A DNA stretch of 64,000 nucleotides from Octopus sinensis. Taxonomy: Eukaryota. The notes under the pieces are model-generated. The model saw only the letters and a program-made list of their open reading frames with translations. It ran no database searches and was not told the DNA's origin. Location: the NCBI RefSeq assembly GCF_006345805.1, contig NC_043004.1, positions 10,974,001 through 11,038,000 of the forward strand, read 5' to 3'. Positions 38,430-49,409 of this stretch are shown here, piece by piece (the stretch's first letter is position 1; every line of letters begins with the position of its first letter). The position numbers were made by a program, and so were the translations under genes.

Positions 38430-38850
38430 GAATGAGAGCGTGACGATAGTATTATTTTCTTACAGTTTCATTTAGTCAGGGCGAAATTAAGTCCATGTAG
38501 TTAACAATAATTACCTCTACTCTCATAGGTGCATAGATCCATATTTAATAACATCTCCTTTTTAATAGGAACAAGATACATACTCAGCAACACAACCCAA
38601 TGAAATCAAGTACAGAGCAATATCTTTATAAGAGCGTTATATTTTTCTTCCTGATGTTTCATGTAATTCATATCAGAAACAATAGTTTAGGGAATACATC
38701 GATGGATAGTAGCGAGAATCTTGTAAGTGAAGTCGGGACTAACCCGTAATAATTATTGTTATGTGTATCCAAGCGTAAACCTATAAGAAACAGGTGCCTA
38801 CTCCATCATCCATCATCCATCTCTGCTCTGCTTTTGCCCGACCCTACCTT
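38430..38850 (+). repeat. Direct duplicate of 42721-43140
   Basis: About 420 bp, colinear, roughly 90-95% identical by eye. Confidence 0.95.
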
Positions 38851-39245
38851 AGATATACAGAATTTTGTATATCTAAGATATACGATTAAACCCCATTACA
38901 CATCCATCCATATATCCATCCATCCGTATATATATATATATATGTGTGAGTGTGTGTGTGTGTGTGTGTGGTGTGTGTGTGTGTGTGAGTGAGAATGTGA
39001 GTGTGTAAAAACCAGAAGACATGCACTTAATACAACAGTTTGTATCTATTTTCAACAAATCGTTTTTGGATATTTAACACCCTTACGCACAAAGATTCTA
39101 CGCCTTGCGTATAGTATATAATACTCTCTTATTTATCTATGTATCCTTCCTCCTTCCTCTCCTATTTATACTTCCTCTCCTCCTTCCCTCCTACTCTCCT
39201 CTTACTCATACTGCTGGTAGTATTGCTGCTGCTGCTGCTACTAAA

Positions 39246-39304
<59 letters not shown>

Positions 39305-39475
39305 ATGTGTGTGTGTGCGTTTATATTTAACTGTGATAACAAAGACGTATGAGCGAATGTAACTCACCGATTCATACAGAGCATCTAAAATAAATAGCGT
39401 TATTTCTACACAAATGCGCGCGCCCACACATACACAGACAAACTTGTGCATATATATGTATATGCATGTATATGC

Positions 39476-39512
<37 letters not shown>

Positions 39513-39517
39513 CATGC

Positions 39518-39549
<32 letters not shown>

Positions 39550-39567
39550 TGAGAGAGAGAGAGATGC

Positions 39568-40160
39568 GGAGGCGTGGCTGTGTGGTAGTAGCTTACGAAG
39601 CACAGGGTTCCAGGTTTAGTCCCACTGCATGTCACCTTGGACAAGTGTCTTCTACTATAGTCTTGGGCCGGCCAAACCCTTGTGAGTGGTTTGGTAGACG
39701 AAAACTGAAAAATGCGCATCATATATATGTTTGTGTGTGTTTGTGTGTGTGTGTAGGCTGAAGCCGGAATCATATGCTTACCAGCCACATGGTTCCAGGT
39801 TCAGTCCCACTTCGTGGCAACTTGGGCATGTGACTTCTGGTATAACGTCGGGTCGACCAAAGCCTGTTGAGTGATTTGGTAGACGGAAACTGAAAGAAGC
39901 CCGTCGTATATATATGTATATATGTGTGTATATGTGTATGTTTGTGTGCCTGTGTTTGTCCCCCTATCATCGTGTGACAACTGATGGCGGCGTATCTATG
40001 TCCCTGTAACTTAGCGGTTCGGCAAAAGCCATCGATAGAATAAGTACTAGGCTTACAAAGAATAAGTCCTGGGGTCGATTTGTTCGACTAAATGGCAGTA
40101 CTCCAGCATGGCCGCAGTCAAATGACTGAAACAAATAAAAGCCTAAAAGTATAAAAGAAT
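39568..40160 (+). mobile_element. Two adjacent SINE A pieces (5' half, then a near-complete copy)
   Basis: Head at 39568-39725; second copy from about 39775 to 40160 with the GTCAAATGACTGAAAC tail. Confidence 0.85.
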
Positions 40161-40166
40161 ATGTAT

Positions 40167-40221
<55 letters not shown>

Positions 40222-40365
40222 TATAAATAAGGGTATCTGAGAGATACCACCATGCCGAAATAGCAGTCAAAATCCTGACCCTAAAACCACCTTAAATGTT
40301 CATATCTCGCCATGGGATAAGACAGCGAGACAAAATAAACTAGCAAAAAAAGATTTTACTGGATA

Positions 40366-40424
40366 ATTCAAGATCCTGGATTTCTGGCTTTGCTTCAAAT
40401 AAGCTTTGTCTTCGTCAGTTGAAT
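40366..40424 (-). ncRNA. Type I hammerhead motif with palindromic helix III
   Basis: Minus strand ATTCAA-CTGACGA-AGAC..GCTT-atttg-AAGC..GCCA-GAAA-TCCAGGA-TC-TTGAAT: 6-bp stem I and AUC site; stem II base is mismatched. The module 3' end abuts (TA)n at 40216. Confidence 0.75.
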
Positions 40425-40620
40425 ATACCAGATGGGCACATAAATACAAATATATATATACAGAATATACGTTATACATACATATACGAACGTCCATACA
40501 TACATATATATGCACGTATGTACAAGACCGTGCATATTATGTATGTATGTCAAATGACTGAAACAAGTAAAAGAGTAATATGCATGAATGTATGCATCTG
40601 TATGTGTGTGGATATACACA

Positions 40621-40752
<132 letters not shown>

Positions 40753-41241
40753 GAAGAGAAGAATGAAAAATGAGAAAGATATAAATATAGAGGAAGCGCG
40801 GGAGTGAGGAAGGTGTGTTAATTTCGCTTTGTTTATAGATAAGAGTAGAAATACGGTGGGTGGGTGCGGTTTAGAAAGAAGTGTAGGTTATTCGAATGAG
40901 TAAGATAACGTGGGAAGTGGGGAAATATTGAATTGAGAGGAACTGAGAAATGAGGGATAGTAAGAGAATAAAGTTAGAAAATGCATTGTATACATAAACA
41001 ACGAAATGTGAGAGATATAAACATATATGCATACATACATGCATATATACAGGTAAACATACACCTCTTCCATCTATCTATCTGTATATATATATATATA
41101 TATATATAAAAATTTATATATACATACATATATATACGTACATACAGGGATATACATACACTATATATACGTACACACACGTATATACATACACTATATA
41201 TATGTGTGTGTGTGTGTGTTATTCTTTTTCTCTATCTACTC

Positions 41242-41290
<49 letters not shown>

Positions 41291-42157
41291 ATATGGTGAA
41301 AAGAAAGTGAGGAAGAGTGAGCGGGAATGCGTGTGCAATGACTGATAAATAGAGAGATTGAAAGAACGAAGTAGGAACCAGATAAGAACAAGCGGGAGAA
41401 AATTATCACAGACACTAATAATTTTGAAATTCCTTTACGAAATGAATTTAATAAATCTGAAACATTAATCCATTATAATGTTTTTTGGGGCTGTTTTTTT
41501 TTTTTTTTGTTCTTCGGAAATTTCTCTAAATTTCCAGAGATAACTGCAATCAACTTAAAATTCAATTAAACAGCGGAGTTAAGACGAAAAACAGCCACAA
41601 ATGAGACAAGCGTCTCAATCTTGCTGTAGTTTCTATAATCGATTATTGCATGTTAGAGCCAAGCCCGCAATCTATAATTTATCAATCACTCTTCATTACA
41701 GTTCTGTAACCAAATACAAATGGAGTAAGTTGCACTTTCGTTATGTTGCTTTATAAATGACTAGCTACAAGCATTGCTTTTGTGTGTGGGAGAGTGTGGT
41801 AGGAATATTTCATTTAAATACCTGTTTCGTATGATATGCTTTCGAAAAGCGTTAGTTATATCTCCTAACTGCAGCCATAACAGAGCATAAGTTATGTATA
41901 CTCTCTTCCATCTTAAATTCCAGATTGTTTTTCTTTACTTGTGCGTTTTCTTTTCCCATTTGTTTTATTTCTATACCCATTTCCTTTTTTCTTTTATTAT
42001 TATTATTAACCCTTGTCAATGTTTAATATCTCAAAAACCAGTAACAAAGGAACCGCTATGTAGTCATTCGATCTGCTAGAAACAGCGGCTACGTCGGCAA
42101 ATTTGACCGTGTTTTCTTCCTTTTAAGAAATAAACGACATTTTATACGATGTAATAT

Positions 42158-42370
42158 TGGTTTCAAATTTTGGCACAAGGCGAGCAAGTTCGGGGGGAAG
42201 AGTCGATTACATCGACCCCAGTACCCATCTGGTACTTATTTTATTGATATCCGAAGTGATAAAAGTTAAAGTCGACCTCGGCAGAATTTGAACTCAGAAC
42301 GTAAAGACGGGTGAAATGCCGCTGAGCATTTAGTACCAGATGTTATCGGTTCTGCTAGCTCACTGCCTTA
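42158..42370 (-). mobile_element. SINE B variant with alternative tail
   Basis: GGTTTCAAATTTTGGCACAAGG..GTCGATTACATCGACCCCAG..GAATTTGAACTCAGAACG. Confidence 0.85.
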
Positions 42371-42720
42371 ATATAACATAATATTAATTTATTTCTTACT
42401 TAAGTGAAAAGGGATTAAATAGTACCGTTTTCAGAACACCCAGCACTAGTAGAATGACAGGAGAAACGATATCCTCAAACCAGAACCAAGGCTCGAACAT
42501 TAGCAACAGAGGACGACGTATCTAAACGTATCTGACACCTAGTGACGGATTAAGTTTACCGGTCAAGTAATGAACGATGGGATTTGATCTCAGAACGCAA
42601 AGAGACGGAACAAATTCTTGGATAGTCTCATTCACTCTTTAAGGATTTTGCCGCTTCACAGTTCTAGTTTAGTAATTCGACTCTTAAACACCCAGAATAT
42701 CCGGAAAACAATGGTAATGA

Positions 42721-43140
42721 GAATGATATCGTAACGATAGTATTAATTTTTACAGTTTCATTTAGTAAGGGTTAAACTAAGTCCATTTAGTTAGCAATAC
42801 TTACCTATACTTTCATAGGTGCATAGATCCATATTTAATAACATCTTCTTTTTAATAGGAACAAGATACATACTCAGCGACACAACCCAATGAAATTAAA
42901 TACAGAGCAATATCTTTATAAGAGCGTTATATTTTTCTTCCTGATGTTTCATGTAATTCATATCAGAAACTATATTTTAGGGAATACATCGATGGATAGT
43001 AGCGAGAATCTTGTAAGTGAAGTCGGGACTAACACGTAATAATTATTGTTATGTGTATCCATGCGTAAGCCTATAAGAAACAGGTGCCTACTCCATCATC
43101 CATCATCCATCTCTGCTCTGCTTTTGCCCGATCCCACCTT
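42721..43140 (+). repeat. Direct duplicate of 38430-38850
   Basis: Same alignment as above. Confidence 0.95.
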
Positions 43141-43730
43141 CAGTACTGTTGCCCACTGTTGTCCCCCCACCCACCCATACGAAGCAAGTCATTATGAAAG
43201 TAGAATCACTCCAGAGGTCAATACCAAGAAAGATAGACGGCATGAGGAGCATTTTTTATTGGGGTCGACTAAAAAAAAAACTCAATCTCTACTCTCTCCA
43301 ACGCCGCTGGGAGCGCTACATCATTTGTGTTATGAGGAAAATATTCCACCAATATTGCACAAATGATGTTGGCATCAATTTAAAAAATCCATCGAACAGT
43401 TGGCCCCCGTGCTATCCGCCCACTACAAAAATCGAACTCGGTACACATAGCAACATTACGTCACAATTACTTTACCTCAACCGGTCCAACTCTCTTTAAT
43501 TCCATACGTCAAAACGGAAACGGATCCCATATAATTCAAATATACACTCGACAAATTTCTTCAAAAAATCCCGGACCTACCTCCTATACCTGGATATTTC
43601 TCCAACAATAATAACTTTGCTAGAGTGAGCTATGGTGTCCCATATATGACTAAAAGTCTTCACTAGGTGGTGCTATTGAGTTAGACATTACCTGGGCCTA
43701 TACTGGTCGAAACCTATCAAATAAAACAAA
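43090..43730 (+). pseudogene. 3' fragment of a second CR1/L2-group LINE
   Basis: RSHLQYCCPLLSP..KVESLQRSIPRKIDGM..YWGRLKK.LNLYSLQRRWERYII..FKYTLDKFLQKIPDLP.IPGY; homologous to the C-terminus at 35853-36400. Confidence 0.85.
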
Positions 43731-44302
43731 AGTAATTGTGAATATCAGCAGATATCATGCCGTTGTAACTTGATTGAGTCTGACGATGTTCAATGAATAG
43801 TAAATGAATAATGGATAGATTGTACTTTTATGTGTGTAACACTACAAGTTGAGACTTTTATCTACCACGGAGCTATATCGTGTTGTTTGAACTTCTCAAG
43901 TATTGTAGCTTTTCGGCTAAAGTTTCACCAATACATGACGGCACTTGTCTATCATCGGCTTCTGAAATTTTGACAAAGTCATATGAACTGTGCTAGTGCA
44001 AAATTAATGCAAAACAGCTTCGAACTTTAAAGCTAAGGTTGCAAGATGCTAAGTCTTAAAAGAAATTAAACATATGGCCGTTTCAGCTTACTTTCACATA
44101 GGAATTAAATAAATTTTTGATAAAAGAATTATTATAAATATTTTTATCATAAACATATTCACCCAGAATCGTCAATGAATTGCATCAATTCGTAACACCT
44201 CGCGCTCTACTACAAATCATGTTTCATTAAATGTCTTCGGTAATACAGATTAATATGATATAAGTGTTGCAAAACTGTTTCTAAAATGGTAAACAACTTG
44301 GA

Positions 44303-44472
44303 TATACTGTTGTGTCTTGGGAGAGTCATTTTCTTTTTGTGCCTTATAATTTAACACACTCACCGGTAAACTTTCCGCTTATTTCTTATTTTTATTTTCC
44401 TAAAACTTTTGTTGCGTCTTGCAAATTATAAGGCAGAAAAAGAAAACGACTCTCCCCAGACACAACAGAATA
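44303..44472. mobile_element. 170-bp MITE-like element with ~48-bp TIRs
   Basis: TACTGTTGTGTCTTGGGAGAGTCATTTTCTTTTTGTGCCTTATAATT versus AATTATAAGGCAGAAAAAGAAAACGACTCTCCCCAGACACAACAG. Confidence 0.8.
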
Positions 44473-46257
44473 TTCTTCAACACACGAACTCATATAAAGT
44501 ATTTTGCAAGCCAAATTCAATAAACGAAACTTGGATATAACAATATACATAGAATGAATTCTAATCAATATTTATCATAAAGTTCTTAATACTTTCTATA
44601 AAATTCCAAATTTATTTTACTTTGTAATAAATTATAATGGACTGGGCAACTATTTGGGAAATTTATCTGTTAGAGATGCCATATGATGTCAACAACTGTC
44701 CCTCACAGGGAACTATGTCTCACTAGATTATACCATGTTATTGTGTCCAATGCCTATGCAACTGAGAGCAGAAACGAGGCCTATCAACCCTCCTGTTCAT
44801 GAACCAACAAAATATCCAGGAAATGACAGGAAATGAGAATTGGTGAGACTGGTGTAACGTGAAATTAAGCTCAATGCTCTTGACCATAACGTGCCACCCT
44901 GTATTGTAATCGAACCAACAACATCCTGGTCGTGTTACGAACTCTACTTCGGAGAAGATATTTATATGGGTTATCATTTATAAATCTTTCGAAGTCATTA
45001 TACTAATGAGATTATATGAGTTTCAGTATAGTAGCAGAGTGAACTCGTTGTTCTTGCGGTTTAGTCCAACTTTGACCAAATCATTTAACCTAAGATTGAA
45101 AACACTACAGGAGGATACACTCCGCCTTTTGTTTTGAGAAAGTTGATCTAGGACAATATCATTCGAATTGTGTTCTAATATGACGATTTTACGACTTGTT
45201 CATTTTTAGCCAGTACACTTTGAACAAACTCTGCGTAGATTTAAATATTCCCAGTAACTCGTATAATATGCGAAATCTGTAATTTACGACGCTGCAGTTC
45301 ACGTCTAAATATATAAAAAAAAAATTGTGTAGTGTTTTTGTGTTATGGACACACTTTAAATCTGAATGAGGATTCACATTTTTGAAATTTGTCTAAATAT
45401 CCTTCAAGATGTTGCATTTCTTTGATAGACATAGCGACAAAACGTGCAAAGTAGAATGTCCATCTCTCTGTAACATTAATACAATGTCACGCCGTAGCCG
45501 TATGCAATGACTGTCGCGTCTTTGATCTTTAATATGAAGAGCTTTTAAACTAAGTAAGAGCATTTCAAAATTCTCAGCCACATCTATTGAAATAGCTAGA
45601 AATCATATGAGAATTTCAAGTTTAACAAAAAGAAAAAAATACTAAGATGTACAAAGCCTTTGATTTCACTCTTTGTCTTCGAGATGCAATTCTACTGATT
45701 TTAATATTGCAACATTTTGAGAGCACTCATATTTTTGGATTATCGACAGTTTTGTAGTGAAATATTTCAAGAGGAGATCAAATTTGTCAGGCTTTACTGT
45801 TTATGACTTCTCACTATCAAAATTCGTTTGCATTACTAAATTCCTGTTTGGCTTTTTCTGTTTATTTAACATGTCGGAGTGTGATGTTTGAAAAAAGCAT
45901 CACAGTAAGGAGTTCTGTTGTGAATAATAGACATTCCACTAAACCAAAAACTACATAGTGGATTCTGTTTCAGAATGAGGTAATGAAGAGATATTTCTTT
46001 TCCTAATGTCTTTTTAAACTACTTAAGCCTGACATATCCTGGTTTGTCGTTTAGTAAAAAGATCTGTATTGTGCATCTGTAAAGCTTATGAAACTGTGTA
46101 TGAATACACGCATATGCGCGCACACTAAAACACTTACACACAAATACATACATACACACACACGCATACACAAACACGTACATACAAACAAGTGCGCGTA
46201 TGAATGTTAATTCATTGAGAAGTAATAAATAAATCAATAAGTGTAGTGTATTCTTTA

Positions 46258-46580
46258 AGACGCGTGGCTTAGTGGTTAGGGGCATTCGGCTCATGATCGT
46301 AAGGTCGTGAGTTCAATTCCCGGCGGCACGTTGTGTCCTTGAGCAAGACACTTTATTCCACGTTGCTCCAGTTCACTCATTTGGGCAAAAATCAGTAGTA
46401 CCTGTATTTCATAGGGTCAACCTTGTCACACTCTGGGTCATGGTGAATCTCCCCGAGAACTATATGAAGGGTACACGTGTTTGTGGAGTGCCCAGCCACT
46501 TGCACGTTAATTTTACGAGCAAAGCTGCACCGTTGATCGTATTAGCTGGGACCATCGTCGCCGCAACCGACGGAGTGCTC
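46258..46580 (+). mobile_element. SINE family C head/core with a third tail type
   Basis: TGGCTTAGTGG, GTTCAATTCC and TGTGTCCTTGAGCAAGACACTTTATTCCACGTTGCTCCAG. Confidence 0.85.
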
Positions 46581-46664
46581 ATATATATATATCATGTTGA
46601 TTCGATAGTTACTGCACGCATTTTTTTTCTCTCCTTCTTTCTGTGTTTTTTTTCTCTCTGTGTA

Positions 46665-46702
46665 TCTTTCTGTTGAAGAGCGTAGGCTCGAAACGTTAAA
46701 GA
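46665..46702 (+). ncRNA. Minimal hammerhead-like motif with variant core CUGUUGA, in module 46595-46800
   Basis: TCTTT-CTGTTGA-A-GAGC-gtag-GCTC-GAAAC-GTT-AAAGA; same family as 23481-23655 and also ends in (TA)n. Confidence 0.7.
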
Positions 46703-46800
46703 CTTGTTTTATTTATATTTCCTGAGCGCCATACTAATACAATTGTTTGTTTGTTTTCCACCTGCCTTCGTCTTTTGTCTATTTTCATAAAGCTTCCCGT

Positions 46801-46837
<37 letters not shown>

Positions 46838-46861
46838 ATAGATCTGTGTGTGTATGTACGT

Positions 46862-46914
<53 letters not shown>

Positions 46915-46952
46915 AATGTATGCATGAACGTATGCACGTATATTTTGAAATA

Positions 46953-47226
46953 TATTAACTGATGAAGGTTAATATATGACCCCATTTTCAAGAAATTGAT
47001 GAATGTTGCCGATGTGCATGTGTGCAAGCGTGTGTGGAGTCGACATGCGCAGAAACGTGTTACTTTTGCAACAAGCTGGTTTCCTGTAGGGAGTTACAGG
47101 TAGCTAGCTGGTTGCTATAGCAACACCCTTCTGCGCATGTCCACTCCATACACGCTCGTACACACGCACATCGACAACATTTGTCAATTTCTTTAAAACG
47201 GTGTCATAAAGCCGAAATATTGAATA
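46953..47226 (+). ncRNA. Hammerhead core split by a 234-nt hairpin in stem II
   Basis: TATTAA-CTGATGA-A-GGTT-aata-[114-nt arm, 6-nt loop, 114-nt arm]-a-AGCC-GAAA-TA-TTGAATA. Confidence 0.6.
46975..47208. repeat. Ungapped foldback (arms 46975-47088 and 47095-47208)
   Basis: About 20 mismatches in 114 positions by hand count, no indels. Confidence 0.95.
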
Positions 47227-47468
47227 CAAGGTAAGTCTAGATTATTTCACATAATTTGTCTTCTTGTGATTTGCCTTCCATTTACTTCGCATTGTTTTGG
47301 CCTAGGCCACGATCTTATATACGCCTCGTCGTTTTAAATGTGTATTATGTAGTATAGACATTTTTAGTACAATGTTAATAATAATAATATATTTAAATTT
47401 ATATTTTGTTATAGATAATATATTTCATTATTAATTGAATTACTTTATAGAGGTTCTGTCTCTTAATT

Positions 47469-47534
<66 letters not shown>

Positions 47535-47537
<3 letters not shown>

Positions 47538-47832
47538 CACGTGATCCCGTGACCGACCATGCTATCAGTTGTTGCTAGAGATCGCTGGTCACAATGCGCT
47601 TCACATTGTTTTAGCCTTCATATGACGCCACCCCGCTGGCTAAGCGAGAAGGCCGACAGAAGAAAGAGTGAGAGAAAGTTGCGGCGAAAGAGTACAGGAG
47701 GCATCGCCACCACCGCCTGCTGGAGTGTCGTGGAGCTTTAGATATTTTCGCTCAGTAAACACTCACAACACCCGGTCTTGGAATCGAAACCGCGATTTCG
47801 CTGCCCTAACCATTGGGCCATTGCACCTACGC
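47535..47832 (-). mobile_element. tRNA-derived SINE family E
   Basis: Head TGGCCCAATGGTTAG..TTCGATTCC; core TGAGCGAAAA..AAGCTCCACG..CTCTTTCGCCGCAACTTTCTCTCA is shared with 58132-58442. Confidence 0.8.
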
Positions 47833-48286
47833 ACACACATATATATGCTAATAGAAAAAATATATATGTACTGATAGAAAATTCACCAAAAGCTGCACTC
47901 CATCTGGTGAGAGATAAATATTATTTATTTAGTTCGTTATATGTGGCTTGCGCCTGAAGATTTTGTTTGCGTTTTCTCAGCAAATGAAACTATTAGAGAT
48001 AAGGATGTATTGCTGTTCGCTGCAGGCATTGTGTAATGTTTGTAAAATTATCTTAGAAAAATTATAACGGCTATTGTAGTCCACTCCGCATTGTTGTGCC
48101 ATTCCAGACACGTTACATTTTACATAAATATATATGTATACCTAAATACAATATTTATATACATAAACACCCGTGCGCATACACACACACAAACATTTAT
48201 ATATATATAAGCTTAAAGCTTATAGAAGTCACTGCGTAAGGACTAAAGAGAATAGTCTAATAATGGGGCATATAAGCCCGCGTGAG

Positions 48287-48375
48287 AAAAAAGTAGATTT
48301 TCCGTACGCGTATGACTCGAACTCAAGCCTCTTTGTTTGCGCGACCAACTGTGCTACCGATTAGACTACCGGACC
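48287..48375 (-). other. Isolated tRNA-like Pol III cassette with T6 terminator (pseudo-tRNA or SINE head)
   Basis: GGTCCGGTAGTCTAATCGGTAGCAC..GAGTTCGAGTC..TACGGAAAATCTACTTTTTT; the cloverleaf is imperfect. Confidence 0.55.
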
Positions 48376-48532
48376 TACCTGCTTTTTTACCTGTCAAATT
48401 TAAGGACTACAACGTGTTAATAGTTGTTTTTGTAAACAAACTTTTATGTTTTTATTGCGAATGGTTTTACTGCGATAAGAAAGAAGTATAACTTCTTTCT
48501 TATCGTGGACACATGCTCGTAATAGATATATT

Positions 48533-49409
48533 CTTTTCTACTATGGACACAAGGCCTGAAATTTTGGGGGAAGGTGCAAGTCGATTACATCGACCCCAGT
48601 ACTCAACTTGTACTTATTTAATCGACCGCGAAAGGATGAAAGGTAAAGTCGACCTCGGAGGAATTTGAACACTGAACGTAAAGACAGACGAAATAACTAT
48701 TTCTTTACTACCCATAAGGGGCTAAACATAGAAGGGACAGACAAGGACAGACAAACGGATTAATCGATTATATCGACCCCAGTGTGTAACTGGTACTTAA
48801 TTTATCGACCCCGAAAGGATGAAAGGCTAAGTCGACCTCGGTGGAATTTGAACTCAGAACGTAACGGCAGACAAAATACCTATTTCTTTACTACCCACAA
48901 GGGGTTAAACACAGAGGGGGCAAACAAGGACAGACACACGGATTAAGTCGATTACATCGACCCCAGTGGTAACTGGTACTTATTTAATCGACCCCGAAAG
49001 GATGAAAGGCAAAGTCGGCCTCGGCGGAATTTGAACTCAGAAAGTAAAGACAGACGAATTACCGGTAAGCATATCGCCCGGCGTACTAACGTTTCTGCCA
49101 GCTCGTCGCAGACAAAATACCTATTTCTTTATTACCCACAAGGGGCTAAACATAGAGGGGACAAACAAGGACAGACATAGGTATTAAGTCGATTACATCG
49201 ACCCCAGTGCGTAACTGGTGCTTAATTTATCGACCCCGAAAGGATGAAAGGCAAAGTCGACCTCGGCGGAATTTGAACTCAGAACGTAACGGCAGACGAA
49301 ATACCGCAAAGCATTTCGCCCGGCGTGCTAACGCTTCTCCCAGCTCGCAGACAAAATACCACTACGCATTTCGTCCGGCGTGCCAACGACCCTGCCAGCT
49401 CACTGCCTT
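48533..49409 (-). mobile_element. SINE family B concatemer (four cores, three head segments)
   Basis: Units of about 184 bp; exact 13-bp TSD TAATAGATATATT at 48520-48532 and 49414-49426. Confidence 0.9.

Noticed and set aside
45380-45640. hAT transposase C-terminal relic on the minus strand
   Set aside because: Only vague similarity; the ERxFS motif is absent.
48533-49409. Regularly spaced repeats as a CRISPR array
   Set aside because: The whole ~184-bp unit repeats, there are no unique spacers or cas genes, and the context is a eukaryotic SINE.
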